A stretch of DNA of 64,000 nucleotides, taken from the NCBI RefSeq assembly GCF_006345805.1, contig NC_043003.1, forward strand, positions 53,134,001-53,198,000, given 5' to 3'. Source of the DNA: Octopus sinensis (taxonomy: Eukaryota). Shown in pieces: positions 1 to 13,320 of this stretch. How positions within the stretch are numbered: position 1 is the first letter of the stretch; each line of letters opens with the position of its first letter. A program made the position numbers and the translations under genes. The notes under the pieces are model-generated. The model was not told the DNA's origin and ran no database searches. It was given only the letters and a program-made list of their open reading frames with translations.

Positions 1-304
1 GATCTACAGATATATTTAGTTCCTTTGTAGTTGTAAATCGGGAGGAAAGACTCAGCCCTGACCTTTGCAGGACCTCTAAAACAGGCGGGAGAGAGGGGAA
101 ACTATCGCTAAACAGAAGACAGAGCGCAAGCGTTTAAAACAGAGGGAAGACCTCCAGAGGTAGCAAGAAACCAGATGGTTGTGTTAAACCGAGTGACGTA
201 TTAAATCTACCAACCAAGGCTGCAACGCCTACACTTTACAAAGCAAAGAAATGTAAATATATCGCATCATGCACAGAAATTTACAACTAAGTTAGGCGCG
301 AAAG

Positions 305-389
305 GTGTGTATGTTTGTACCTATGTATATATGTATGTACGTATGCATGCATGTATATGTTTGCGCACACGCACACACACACACACACA

Positions 390-440
<51 letters not shown>

Positions 441-627
441 CAACGGGCTTCTTTCAATTTCCGTCTACCAAATCCACTCACAAGGCTTTGGTCGGCCCGA
501 GGCTATAGTAGAAGACACTTAGCGAAGGTGTCACGCAGTGTGACTGAACTTAGAACCATGTAGTTGGTAAGCAAGCTTCTTACCACACAGACACTCCTGC
601 GCCTATATGTATATATATATATATATG

Positions 628-700
<73 letters not shown>

Positions 701-831
701 TGTACATATATATATATATATGCATATGTGTTTATATATATGTATATGTACATATATGTATATGCATATGTGTTTGTATATATATATGTATATATATGTA
801 CGTACGTATGTATGTATCTATGTATGTATAT

Positions 832-909
<78 letters not shown>

Positions 910-990
910 ATATGTTTGTATCTCTATACCTATACACATATATACACCAATAAGCAGATATGCATGTGTGCGCGCGCGTGTGTGTATGCT
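305..990. repeat. Compound (TA)n/(TG)n/(TATG)n microsatellite field surrounding a SINE fragment
   Basis: Direct reading of di- and tetranucleotide tracts; explains the YIYI/HTHT/CVCV pseudo-ORFs. Confidence 0.95.
443..603 (-). mobile_element. SINE family A (octopus-type tRNA-derived CORE-like SINE), 5' half, ending at its internal microsatellite
   Basis: Reverse complement reads GGCGCAGGAGTGTCTGTGTGGTAAG...GTGAGTGGATTTGGTAGACGGAAATTGAAAGAAGCCCG, matching the full copies at 5754 and 6731. Confidence 0.9.
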
Positions 991-2413
991 TAGGGATCAC
1001 GAAACAAAAATAAAGGCACCGAGGAGAACTGAGCGTATCTTCTATTAAGCCGCCAGGTTAGCGTCTTTATATTTACCACCAAAACAAGTTTTAAATTTTC
1101 TATTCACAGTTTAGGTACACCATCTTTACTTGCTTTATTCGATTTTATCAATAGCCTTTTTTGTCAGTAACTCGCCATGCAGTAATAGGCTATTTATAGT
1201 AATGACTAAAATGTTAAGTCGTCCTAGCACTAATTCAATACACAACTCTAGAATTTACTTGAAAGAATTTTTATATACCACAACCAGGAGAGATCCTTAA
1301 GGTATGAACAATATTTTTTTTTTAAATTATAGTTTTGGCAAGCAAGTCGTATCTTTTGTTGTGGCTGAAGTTAGCTTTTTTTGTGTTGGGAATTCGAGTG
1401 CAATACGTTCTTTCCGGTTAATATTCTTATATACCTTTCGGGGAATATGTCAAGGATTCATTTCGCCAACTATACAATTCCTTATGGCTTTTATTTATTA
1501 ATGCCTTTGTGCAGTTGACTATGTTATACGAAGGGCACGCCACTCCAAATTTGTCAACTTAAAGAGTTGTGTCCCCTACATTAAAATCTATATTTCTTTT
1601 CATCCGGCTGCTCAAAATATTTTATTTTTATTAGAAAAATGCATTTTTAAATACAGAAGCATATTCGCGTAACTTAGAATATTCATTTATATCGAAACAA
1701 ATTATACGTAGTTTGTGAATGCATACATAAAGTGCATACATCATATTTTGTATACGACTGTTTAGATATTTCATCAAACTGACTTTTTGAGCTGCCCCAC
1801 TTAAACACATTTAAGAATAAATATTATTCATTCTACACCATTTCATAGTCATGAAGTTTTTTTTGTTACCTTTTTTTTCTTTCTAAATTGCCCGCATACA
1901 CGTCATATTATTACGTCATTGCAATAAAGTTGTTAGAGAAACGCATTTCTCTGTTTATATATTAATTTATATATTACTTCGGAAAAATTTTAGCTTTTTG
2001 AGCAGTTATACAGCCGCGGTCAATTAGACTAATTATTGCCATGAAATAAGAAAATAAATTATATTTCATTTATTCTGTTGAAATTGCTATTGTTTACTGC
2101 TAGGTTGCCCCCAACAAAGTAGAACTATGATGTAAAACGCTCAAGCTATAGTCATGTATATTGTATCTTCTTTTTAATATTGTACCCTTATAAAATATCA
2201 TCTCATTATAATAGCAAAGTGAGATTTAGGAGAAACTTAGTTATTATTTTTAGCATGAAAGTGACCATGGAGAGGTTCCCTTATTGGCTCGTTTCTTCAC
2301 ATAATAATTCTATAATGTGCAACACGAAATTCATTCAAATTTCTGTAATAATAATCTCTCTGTAAACTTACTGGACTCTGTGTGTGCATGTGTGAGTGTG
2401 TGTTTGTGTGTGT

Positions 2414-2460
<47 letters not shown>

Positions 2461-2538
2461 CATGTGCGCATGTGCGCATGTGCACGTGTTGCATAAGTAC
2501 ACCAACACACGCATACGATACGTACATGCATACATATA

Positions 2539-3130
2539 TACATGGTGCATCAGGTTTTTTTAGATTACCTCTTTCAAGAGTTTTTTGTTCTAACTTATTT
2601 TCTTCTTACTTTTGAGATAAATTATGTCAGACATCATGTTCACTCATCAAATGAAAGGAACGCTGTAATCTTTGCCATAAAAGTGCAGCTTAGTATTACA
2701 GCGATACAGAGATAGCTTTATGAAATTTTCCCAGTCCTTCGTTGTCAAAGTTCGAAAGGAGCTGGAAGCTGCTGACTGGAATCCTACAATTGTAGCTAAA
2801 CACAAAACGCATGCATATGATCTTAGTGTCACTAAAGCACAACTTTGCACAAAAAGTTCAAGAAATAATCGATAAAAAGCCCGGAAAGTCAATCAGAGCC
2901 ATTTTAAAGTACTTCCCGGTTTTAGAATGAACCATCAGAGTTGTGCGTGAGAACATCCGGTACAAGTCGAAAGTGATGCGGATGGGTCAGTTTTTGTCGG
3001 ATGTAACAAGAGAGAATCGTTCGATTCGTGCAAAGCGCTTGCTAGACAACTTAAAACGCCATGAGGCTGCAATGCATTAGTTTTACTTCGATGAAAAAAA
3101 CTGCAATAAGGACCAAAAGTTATACCAAAT
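2539..3130 (+). mobile_element. Tc1/mariner maT (DD37D-type) transposon, 5' remnant
   Basis: TA-CATGGTGCATCAG TIR-like start; broken frame gives KVRKELEAADWNP, QKVQEIIDKKPGKSIRAI, VRENIRYKSKVMRMGQFLS, RAKRLLDNLK and FYFDEKN (first catalytic D). Confidence 0.75.
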
Positions 3131-5079
3131 AGTCAATGCTCATTTTACCCCACTTTAGACATCAGTTTGAAAACTGAAAATTATCCAATTAGACACTACT
3201 GTTGGAAAAAATTGACTTAGAATCCAACAGAGCAAAGAATATTAATTGTTAAACACAAAAAAATATCCAGATGTTTAATTAGTAACCTTAATTACAATCG
3301 GATCAATGTTGAGGAAAAAAGTTTTTTGAAACAAAGTACTTGTTACCTGACCATGTTTCAAACTCTGTCAACGTCAACAGCAACAGCAACAATTATGCTG
3401 ACCAATTTTTATACCCGAAGATGATGCAGCAGAACAAAATGATGATGCAAAACGTGTAAAATAATGGTTTTAAACAGGCAAGGAGAAAATAACAAGGAAT
3501 CAGAAATTACTCATTTTACCCTCACTTACTTTTGCCCACCACCATACATAAACAACACCTGATTCAAATTTAAATACCCGCATACTGACGGAAACTTATA
3601 TTTAATTTCTCACAGCAGAATGTGTGTGTCTGCGCGCGCATGTGTGCGTGTGTGTGCGCGTGTTTATTCATCCCACTAACTTGATATTATGTACTCTACT
3701 TTTTCTTACTACTTACTGAATATGTACTATGCTGATTCCTCATAAATAACATTTCTAATACTGCAACCCAATGAGTAGACTTCCTCTTCTAAGTTACTGA
3801 ATAGTTCACCCTTCAATATTCAGTCATTTTCTGCGTACAGGAAACTACTGATCACAAACCTGAGACAATGTGGTTTATGCGCAAATCAGCATTTTGAATT
3901 CGTCTTACTGTGGTCCACCATTTGACTAAATGGTTTAAATCTAACTCCCCACAAAGTGACTCGCTTTTAGTTCCGTCGTTTCGTCTTCATTTTACTCTCG
4001 TTCGTTACTATAATGCCGCTATTATTACTAGATTTCTCTGGACAATTAATTTACATACCACTTTTATTCCGGCCATGACTATACACTCATCTTCCTTGTT
4101 TCCATCATCCTACCGTACATCAACTCCAAGATCTTGCACTAAATCTCTACCCTTAAAACCTAATCAGAATAACAAAATGTTTCCTGAACTTCTTTCCTGA
4201 AACTGCATTGATGTCACTAGTCTGAAAGTACATGACTGAATGTATGAGATACTGCTCATCTTCCTCGGACTTACAGAATGGAATGTAATATAAGCGTTGA
4301 ACGGTAGATGTTAATTAATCGAGATATTTACACCCATCTGACTGTTTATATTATCTGAAGCAGTAACATGCACACCTCTTCCAGTCACGTTTCACTTCCC
4401 AGATCTCACTTCCCAGATCTCACACCAAATATAATATTCCTCCCAATAAAATCTCACCGGGGTAACTTGAATCTTGAATTTATTCCCATTCCTCATTTCC
4501 TGAAACTGCATTAGTCTAAAAGTGCCTGGAAATGTCTTTGGTATTGCCATCCCGGCTGGGTTTTTTTTGTTTTAAGTGAATGGAGACAACTAAATCCGGT
4601 GGATTGTGTGCTATTATTGATGTATAAAGTGCAAGTTGTATTGCAGTCTAGTTATAGAGCATAACATATTCGAGACATTTTCACTCTTTGGTAGTAATGC
4701 TGGTGAACCAGATAGTGTTAACTTTTCCTTAATCTATCACTGTTCAATATATTTCTGGACCATAAGAAAAATGAACCAGATATTTTCTTTTTTAGTGAAC
4801 CATTTCTGTAATATTAAATCTATAAAAAAAATCAGAAATGCCTTTACAAATTGATGTGGAATAGTGTGCTTTTAACTTTCTTTAACTTGCTTAGTCGTTT
4901 GGGCAAACTACCTGGCAATTTTTCTTTTTTTTTTGTATTTTTTTTTGTACCAAGAAATATCAATATTTCCTCCCTCGTGTTGATTCATTCAATTAAAATT
5001 CTTCTTCCAGACGGTGCCCCATCATGGCTGCAGTCTGATGACTGAAACAAGTTAAAGATAAAAGGTAAAAGATAAACGA

Positions 5080-6330
5080 TAAATATTAAGTATGGGATTT
5101 AAATCTGCCCTCCAACATTTCCATGTCTTCATTTCAGAGAGTTTCTCGCTTTTGTTGCATTTGCAGTATGGGAAGGACCATTGTCTTGGAGAAAAATTGT
5201 GCTTTGTTGTTTTTCAATCAGAAGGAAATTATTTTTGCAGACTGAAGATTTCCAATCTTTAATAGTTTTAGGTATTCTAAAGCAGTAATTGAATATTCCC
5301 GCCTTATAAGCTCACCAATACCTGCAGATAAAAATGCATACCATACCATAATTCCATTTCCTCCACGTTTTGCAATTCTTGAAATACATCCAAAGTGGAA
5401 TCTCTTCCCAGCCTTGCGAAGATAACGTTCTGATGCATCACTACAAAACACTAAAATGTTGATTCATGCCTCTAGAGCATTTTTTGAAACTAGTCTGAAG
5501 CAGAGTTACCAGCATATTTAGGCAAAAAGTACTATCTTTCCTTAAAATTTTGTTCCCTTGGTTAATAGGAGCAACCTACCACATCATTTGGAGGCAAAAC
5601 CAGCGTCTTTCAATCTTCTTGTAATGATTGATATGGAAAGTGTTTAGCTTCGTTGCCATTTGAAATTTTCTCCTTAATTACAATGAGCTTTCTCTCCTTT
5701 CCTGAAGAACTAAGAATTTGAGTCTTCTGTCATCTTTACTTATTGTAATTCAAGGCGCAGGAGTGGCTGTGTGGTAAGTAGCTTGCTTACTAACCACATG
5801 GTTCCGGGTTCGGTCCCACTGCGTGGCACCTTGGGCGAGTTTCTTGTACTATAGCCTCAGGCCGACCAAAGCCTTGTGAGTGGATTTGGTAGACGGAAAC
5901 TGAAAGAAGCCCGCCGTATATATGTATATGTGTATATATGTGTGTGTGTACTTGTGTGTCTGTGTTTGTCCCCCCAACATCGCTTGATAACCGATGTTGG
6001 TATGTTTACGTCCCCGTAACTTAGCGGTTCAGCAAAAGGGTCCGATAGAATAAGTACTAGGCTTACAAAGAATAAGTCCTGGGGTCGATTTGCTCGACTA
6101 AAGGCGGTGCTCCAGCATGGCCGTAGTCAAATGACTGAAACAAGTAAAAGAGAGTAAAAAAAAGGAGAGGTCCATCGAGAGCTTTTCTTCGTTGCAGTAT
6201 AATCACTTTTCTGAATGTGTAAGCCGCTTTATACTGGGAAGAGAGAAATAGAGATTTACATCTACTTCTTCAGTAGCTGCTGGAGTTCAGAACATATTGT
6301 ACATGTTACTTGAAGATTAGCATTTACATC
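5080..6330 (-). mobile_element. Degraded Tc1-family transposase, interrupted by a SINE
   Basis: Motifs FCSDAS, KRGGNGIMVWYAFLSAGIGEL and IFLQDNGPSHTA; SINE inserted at 5754-6157; boundaries approximate. Confidence 0.8.
5754..6157 (+). mobile_element. SINE family A, full length
   Basis: tRNA-like head (TGGCTGTGTGG, GGTTCGGTCCC), CORE-like GGCACCTTGGGCGAGT, internal (TA/TG)n, 3' tail GGTGCTCCAGCATGGCC...ATGACTGAAACAAGTAAAAGAG. Confidence 0.92.
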
Positions 6331-6386
6331 ATTTGATATCCACAGCAAAATGTAATTTTTCTATTTTTGTTTTTCTTAACACAATT

Positions 6387-6608
6387 TACGAGGATATACC
6401 GAAAAGTTCCTGGCTTCGGGTAAAAGAAAATACTGGAGGATCATTAAATTATGATTTTTCCAACATATTCCTCCCTTCTAATTCACACACTTATTGCAGC
6501 GGTCCTTTAGTTTTTCTAAGCCCTGTAAAAGAACTCGGAAGGTCGAGCCTCCAACCAGGCTTTTCGCGATACGCTTAAAGCAAGGAACTTTTCAGCACCC
6601 ACCTCGTA
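6387..6608. mobile_element. Mariner-derived MITE (~220 bp)
   Basis: TA-CGAGG...GAAAAGTTCC and GGAACTTTTCAGCACCCACCTCG-TA terminal inverted repeats; second copy at 21966. Confidence 0.8.
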
Positions 6609-6730
6609 TAATTCAGAATATCCGCGCACACCTTTTGATGTGAATTGTAAATAGAACAATTCGTACACTTTCATTTACAAGACAGCTAAACGCACATCCT
6701 TAGACCTTTTCAATACGTTTACTTTCTATT

Positions 6731-6925
6731 ACTCTCTTTTACCTGTTTCAGTTATTTGACTGTGGCCATGCTGGAGCACTGCCTTTAGTCGAGCGCATCG
6801 ACTCCAGGACTTATTCTTTGTAAGGCTAGTACTTATTCTATCGGTCTCTTTTGCCAAACCGCTAAGTTACGGGGACGAAGACACACCAGCATCTATTGTC
6901 AAGCGATGTTGGGGGGCCAAACATA

Positions 6926-6979
<54 letters not shown>

Positions 6980-7146
6980 CATACGACGGGCTTCTTTCAG
7001 TTTCCGTCTACCAAATCCACTCACAAGGCTTTGGTTGGCCCGAGACTATAGTAGAAGACACTTGCCCAAGGTGCCACGCGGTGAGACCGAACCCGGAACC
7101 TTGTAGTTGGTAAGCAAGCTACTTACCACACAGCCACTCCTACGCC
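6731..7146 (-). mobile_element. SINE family A, full length
   Basis: Reverse complement of the 5754 copy, with internal (CA)n. Confidence 0.92.
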
Positions 7147-8044
7147 TCAAACTTTTCATTATGAAGAACAATTCAAAGCAACCCCACGATCTATTTTCTC
7201 TGTGCACGGTCATAATCTCATCTACCTTACCTCAGACATTCGTCCTCAAGAATAAAAGATAAAAATCTAGTTATTTTAGGGAATTTCGTTTTGCCTCATA
7301 AAGCGCTTTATGCCAGTTTGTAAAACGTTTCTGTTTTTTAAATGCTTTTAAGAGCCGCGTGGGTCCTTTAACCTTACCTATTCATAATTTATGTATGTGT
7401 GTGCGTGTGTTTGCATGCGCGTGTGTGTACGTGCGTGCGCGCGCGTGAGTGTGTGTTTGTGTGTAATTGTGTGAGCTTGTGCTTTATGGAGCAAGCAGGC
7501 AAAATGGAACTCAGTAAATGTGTATCTCTCTTGACTCAAGCGCTGCACATGTGGTGCCGATAAATGCCTGAGACGAAACCCAGGCCCTAGAGTCCCTTTT
7601 GTATCTTTTTTTGCCAATTAAAATATATCAGCGGGTGTTAATGTGTGTATTGTTCTCTCTCTCTCTATCTATCTATCTACACACGCACACAGACACACAT
7701 ACACGCTCACATACGCGCACGCGCACATACTCACGCACGCACGCACACAACACACACACTGACAGACAGTCAGGCAAACAGACACCGACACGCATAATTT
7801 AAATCAACTAACTAGATCGATGATGTCAGTGACCTGTGACTTCGTTCAAGATTTCTAGATCTTAAAAGTGATATCGCGGATTCTCTCCACGGGAGCCGAC
7901 CATGTTCGTATACAGGGTGATCGATTACAAAAATGGGAATCATCATTTTACGATATCAACTGTTTCTTTGTCTTAGAAGTCCACTGGATAATTGTTTCTC
8001 TGTATGTTAAAGCAGTCAGAAAGACATGGCCTTATAGCAGTCTA

Positions 8045-8091
8045 GCGATGTTGGGGGTACAAATAGACACACAGACACACACACACACACA

Positions 8092-8176
<85 letters not shown>

Positions 8177-8360
8177 GTATATACATATACATATATACGA
8201 CAGGCTTGTTTTAGTTTCCGTCTACCAAATCCACTCACAAGGCTTTGGTCGGCCCGAGGCTATAGTAGAAGACACTTGCCCAAGGTGCCACGCAGTGTGA
8301 CTGAACCCGGAACCATGTGGTTGGGAAGCAAGCTACTTACCACACAGCCACTCCTGCGCC
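8045..8360 (-). mobile_element. SINE family A, 3'-truncated, with long internal (CA)n
   Basis: Head and CORE-like segment match family A. Confidence 0.9.
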
Positions 8361-9114
8361 TATGTACAACTTATGTACTTATGTACAACTTTCTCTGTAA
8401 ACTTGTCTATAATTTCTGCCAAAGTTACATACACATCATCTGGGTAGCTTTATGCTACTTTGAAAAATTACTAACACCTAGAAAATGACGTAGATACCCT
8501 GATGAAATTCAGTATTAACTGCAGGTTTGAAAGCATTAAATTAAATTTAAAAATGTTTGGCTGTTGAGTTTACAGACACTAGGCATTCAGAAAGATGTGT
8601 CATGCATATTCTTCTTCATTAGAGTATACATAAGGAAACAATAATTTAAGAATGTTGTCAATACAAGACAAATAAATTTCGATGGTAATTTTCGTATGAA
8701 ATGCTATTCTCAGACATTCGAAGAAGCGGAGAGGAATGACTACAACTCGATTTGAAATGCATATGTCTACGTTTTTGATAAAGATGTTTGATATGCTAAG
8801 CGCAGGCGTAGCAGTGTGGTAAGAAAGTCAGATCACGTGAATTTTCCGAAACTCCTCTCTCCACCCCCTCACAAATCCTTATATACTCTGAAGCAAGTAT
8901 ATATATATATATATATATACCCTCTCCCATAAATCCCCAACTACTCTGAAGCAACAACATCTAAGCGATATTTGTTGAAAATTTCGTTAAAAAGTATCCA
9001 TTTTTCTTGATGTTATGAGGCAACAAAGTTGGGAACGTATACATCTGTAGTTATGTCCTTTTATTTATACGATATTTTCATTTCATGTTTATTTCATTCA
9101 TTGTTTGCAGTCTT

Positions 9115-9160
9115 TTCTCTCCTCTCTCTTCTCTCTCTTTTTCTCTCTCTCTCCTCTCTC

Positions 9161-9195
<35 letters not shown>

Positions 9196-9215
9196 ATCAC
9201 ACATACACGCACACA
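9115..9215. repeat. (CT)n microsatellite
   Basis: Direct reading. Confidence 0.9.
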
Positions 9216-10002
9216 CATACTCTGCAAAGCTTGCAGATGGGCTGCTAAATTGAAATCTCTATGTTGCTTTGATGGAAAGGTAAAACTTGACAGATTTCTT
9301 CCCCACTTCGTAGTTGGACTAACTAGATGTTAGTTTAAAAAAAAAAAGATTATGACTATGATAAAATAATGAAAGTAGTATTTATTAAGCAAGTGAGCAC
9401 TATTATACTAAGAAATAACTAAACGTAAAATATCATTAAAAATATTAGGATTGGGAATCAAGTGTGAAAATATTATCAAGTGGCTAGCAGAAAACCGTCT
9501 GGAGGGCGGTCTTTCTGCTAGTTTGGTATAATTGGGTTTCTTTGAATTTGATGAAGCTACTGTAGTCGCTACATAAACAATTGTCACTGGAATACGTGTT
9601 TGTTGCTAGGTGTAGTGAGCATCCTAAATTGCTCTCCGGGGATCTTATAATTCCGAAATAAAATTTAGCCTTCACTACAGTCAGAAATATGTATGCCCAA
9701 TCGTCAAGAACGATAGAAATCATACGATATTTATGTTGTCTAAATCTTGGAGCTTTTGCCGGGTAGCACTGAATCGTTGTTTTGATGGATTCGTATGGCG
9801 TGATAAGTTGCGGTTATGGTTAACATATTGATTTATTTTAAAATGTTACATTGAAAATTTAATGGTTTAGTCATGTAATACTAATGTGTGAGCTAAATAA
9901 TCCTTCGTCTTCTGCGCAATTCTAATTGTTTACAGTAGCCGCAACTGAAGTTGCTGCAGAACATAGGTGAGATGATATTTAGACATAGTAGAGAGCCTAT
10001 CC

Positions 10003-10215
10003 CATTTCTTTACTGCCCACAAGGGGCTACACACACAGGAGACAAACAAGGACAGACAAACGGATTAAGTCGATTATATCTGATACTTATTAAATCGACC
10101 CGAAAGATAAAAGGCAAAGTCCACCTCGGCGGAATTTGAACTCAGAACGTAGCGGCAGACGAAATACTGCTAAGCATTTCGCCCGGCGTGCTAACGTTTC
10201 TGCCAGCTCGCCACC
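10003..10215 (-). mobile_element. SINE family B (tRNA-like head, Meta-like central domain)
   Basis: Reverse complement GGTGGCGAGCTGGCAGAAACGTTAGCACGCCGGGCGAAATGC...GAGTTCAAATTCC...GCCTTTTATCTTTCGGGTCGAT; related copies at 10300, 38310, 38925, 39768, 50975 and 58700. Confidence 0.85.
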
Positions 10216-10299
10216 TTAGCCTACTTCATTTCTATCAGAAAGATAATGTGAGAGAATAACGAAAAAAAGTGTGAAAGAAAGAGCGACTCGAAAGGGCGA

Positions 10300-10395
10300 A
10301 ATGTAAAGCTGACCTGGGCGAGATTTGAACTTAGAGTGTAGAGAGCTGGAACTAATATTGCTAAGCATTCAGTCCGTCGCGCTAACGACTCTGCT
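10300..10395 (-). mobile_element. Degenerate SINE family B head
   Basis: ATTTGAACTTAGAG...GCTAAGCATT...GCTAACGACTCTGC similar to family B. Confidence 0.65.
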
Positions 10396-10639
10396 AATAG
10401 ACTGCTAATGTATGTATGTATGTATGTATGTATGTATGTATATCATTATGTACGTAATGTATGTATGTATGTATGTATGTATGTACGGTTTTCTTTAAGT
10501 TCAATCTGGTAGCCAAAGGAGCAACAAAACTTTTTGAACTAAGAAAAATCTCTGTGTTTGTAAATATGTGGTTGAGTTGGTGTGTTGGTTGAATTGTCGG
10601 TGCATACACTCAAGTGTATGCATCTATTCACCGAAAGAA

Positions 10640-13320
10640 TCTCAGATGCAGAATATTTGGAATGTCTTACAAAACTTCACTGTTCCACTAATAGATTGAA
10701 TATGGAGAATCCGCGTTAGTTTCTTTTGCTCTTTCTTCGAAAGATCTTGTATTTCTAGGTTTCTTGTGTTAATTTGTAGGTATATAGGTTGAGGTGTATG
10801 TATGTATGAGTGTGTGTATGTATGTATGTATATAGGCATATATATATGTATGTATGCATGTATATCATCATTCAGCTTTATTACAAGATTTGTTTCCAAT
10901 AGAGTAAGAACCGGTTTCTAACCTAGATCCAAGGCTACTTCACTGGAATTTCAACATCAACAGCAGGGCATTTTTGTATGTATGCATGTATGTATGTAAG
11001 TATGTATGTATGTATGTATGTATGTATGTATGTATGTATGTATGTATGCATGAATGTATATGTGCAGATTTCGATGTTTTGCTTTATGTATATATTCTCA
11101 TGCATATAATTGCATATCTAGACATGCTCATATTGTTCAGCGTAGGTATTCTCTTTTTGACTGATCTTCAGCTTAACGTTAACATCCGCTGTACACAGTT
11201 TCTCTTCTGTATCCCAGATTATTATATCAGGTTTGTTGCGCTTACATTTTATTGAGGTTTTCACAGGGGCATTCCACCAGTATTCCTTTTTATTATGAGT
11301 GGCTATGGTTTCTATCATAGTGTGAGTTCTTATTTCTTTCTCTTCGGGGTTATTATTCCGAAGAATTTCATTAGAGAGTGTTCTAGGTACAATATCATGT
11401 CTCATCAGTAGATGTTACCGTGATGATATTTTTGTATAACTGCTTATGATGTGGGTGATATATTAGGTGTTAACTCCATAACATCTGCATCGGTTATCAC
11501 ATTTTGCTGCTTTTCCTGTATCTCTATTCCTTTTGTACACCAGTATTTACTTGATATTCCATTTTCCTGGATCGCAAACGCATATCCTTCAAAGTAGGAT
11601 GTGGTAATCCGGTTATTTGTCCATGATAGACTGCTTTGATGAGCAATGTTACTATCATCTCAGAGTTTACTTCTAACATATCTATGCTCATATATGCTCA
11701 TCCTTTATCTGATGATACTTTACGGTAGAGTCGTACCACTTATTTGGGCATGTATTTAAAGTTATCAGACAAGAAATACTGCTGAAAGGACTGCCTTCCA
11801 AGTCTTATGATGTTATCAGCTTCATGTATGCAAACTTGGTCAAAAGATGCACTTCGACACTTGGTGGTTAAAAGATGTTGTCGAATGATAGGTCATTCAA
11901 AGGTATTTTTGCCTCCTTGTTCGCGATTTTTTTTTTTTTTTTTTTTTTTGGTAGAGGTAGTCTACGTCACTGTTAATGTAGAAATCATGTGTGCCTGTTA
12001 GTATTCTCTGAGTTTTCACATCAATGGCTCGGATCTAATCAAGCGTCCAATCAAGCAGCCCAAATTTTGGTATGAATACTCGCACTGCAAACACATTGTG
12101 GACTATTATTTTATTGAATAAAGACAGTTCTGAAATCCAAATTTTCGTTATAAAAAAATAATAAGATAAAAATGTTTCTTTCTCGAGCCACGCCAGGCTC
12201 ACAGGCTCATAACGGCCGGTTTTCCGGTTTCAGTGGCGTATATATTCTCCACCTGGATGAAACACCGGTCCGTCGCAGGATTACTCATTTTTGCCAGCTG
12301 AGTGGACTGGAGCAACGTGAAATGAAATGTTTTGCTCAAGAACACAACGCATCGCTCGGTCCAGGAATCGAAACAGTCTTACGATTATGAGTCCAACACC
12401 CTCACCATTGAGCCACGCGCCTCCACAAATGTTCGTTATTCGGCTGTAATATTCTTTAGTGACACATGTTTTGTTACAGGTGTCATTGTAAGATATGTTT
12501 TCATTCGCCCCTACATACCTGTAACATTCTCCGTCAGATATAGGGGAATCAGTCAAATCATTGATGATGTTGCTAGTCTGGATTAAAGTTTTCCCCCTTT
12601 TCACAAGCATATAACATCATTTATCCAACTCTGCATCCTCCAACTCCAACTCTACAACCTTTGAGAATGCTGTAACTAGGTGAAGTCTCTTTTTCATCTC
12701 GTGCATATTCTTTGCATGAAGATTCAAGTCATCCACAAAGAAACAGCGTGTAACTTTGGTATTCCCGTTTCCTTGTGAACCATTGGAATATCCATCAGAC
12801 TTCCTTAACATGAATAAAAAGCGGTTTACAGAAAGTCTAACCTACATCACAGAGAGGCTAACCCTTGGAATATGCTTTTGCGATACTGTATTCTCTCAGT
12901 GATAATATAGTCGCTCTTTGAGTTTAATTTGAAGATGGTGCCCCACGGTGAAGTCAGATCAGCTACGGCTTTGACTATGCTCACTGGAACTTTAACAAGT
13001 TGAAGATCTTCTAGCATCCAGGAGTGGGGAATAGAGTCAAAGGTTTTCTTGTAGACTTGCCACATTGAAATTAGGTACCTCCTATGCTCCCGTACCTTTA
13101 GCAACACAGTTTTGTTGATTAACAATTACTCGGTACATCCCCAGTCTCCATTCTTCCCACTTGCTTGTTCTGCTGTAATGCTGTTATTGGCTTCATAATA
13201 GTCCTGGAGAAAGAGGTTTAAGCATGATGCATATATCTTATACATTAAGTTCTGGCGTGCAATTAACCGGTAGTTTTTTTGCCATGTGGATAGTTCTGCA
13301 TTTGGGGATCAAATCTTGTC
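10640..13320 (-). mobile_element. Dong/R4-type RLE non-LTR retrotransposon, degraded (RT plus restriction-like endonuclease)
   Basis: RT motifs LLINKTVL, YKKTFDSIPHSWM, RKSIFQG, FFVDDL; RHDIV and NKPDIIIWD endonuclease motifs; C-terminus IQSISGTVKFCKTF; broken by (TACA)n tracts and a SINE. Confidence 0.85.
12172..12424 (-). mobile_element. SINE family C inserted in the LINE
   Basis: Head GGAGGCGCGTGGCTCAATGG...TTCGATTCC, CORE-like GTGTTCTTGAGCAAAACA, tail CCTGCGACGGACCGG...GAAACCGG; degenerate TSD AAAT-TTCGTTAT on both sides. Confidence 0.85.

Noticed and set aside
287-1048. Many ORFs of YIYI/HTHT/CVCV/MYVC type here and throughout the window, including poly-E/D/K/N/L/I ORFs
   Set aside because: Translations of microsatellites; no coding signal
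5754-5830. tRNA gene-like A/B boxes (also in the other SINE heads)
   Set aside because: No complete cloverleaf; continues into a SINE body
7868-8488. 206-aa ORF
   Set aside because: Chance read-through of a (CA)n tract and an antisense SINE
8499-8545. CTGATGA...GAAA spacing
   Set aside because: Stems I and III cannot be formed; likely chance
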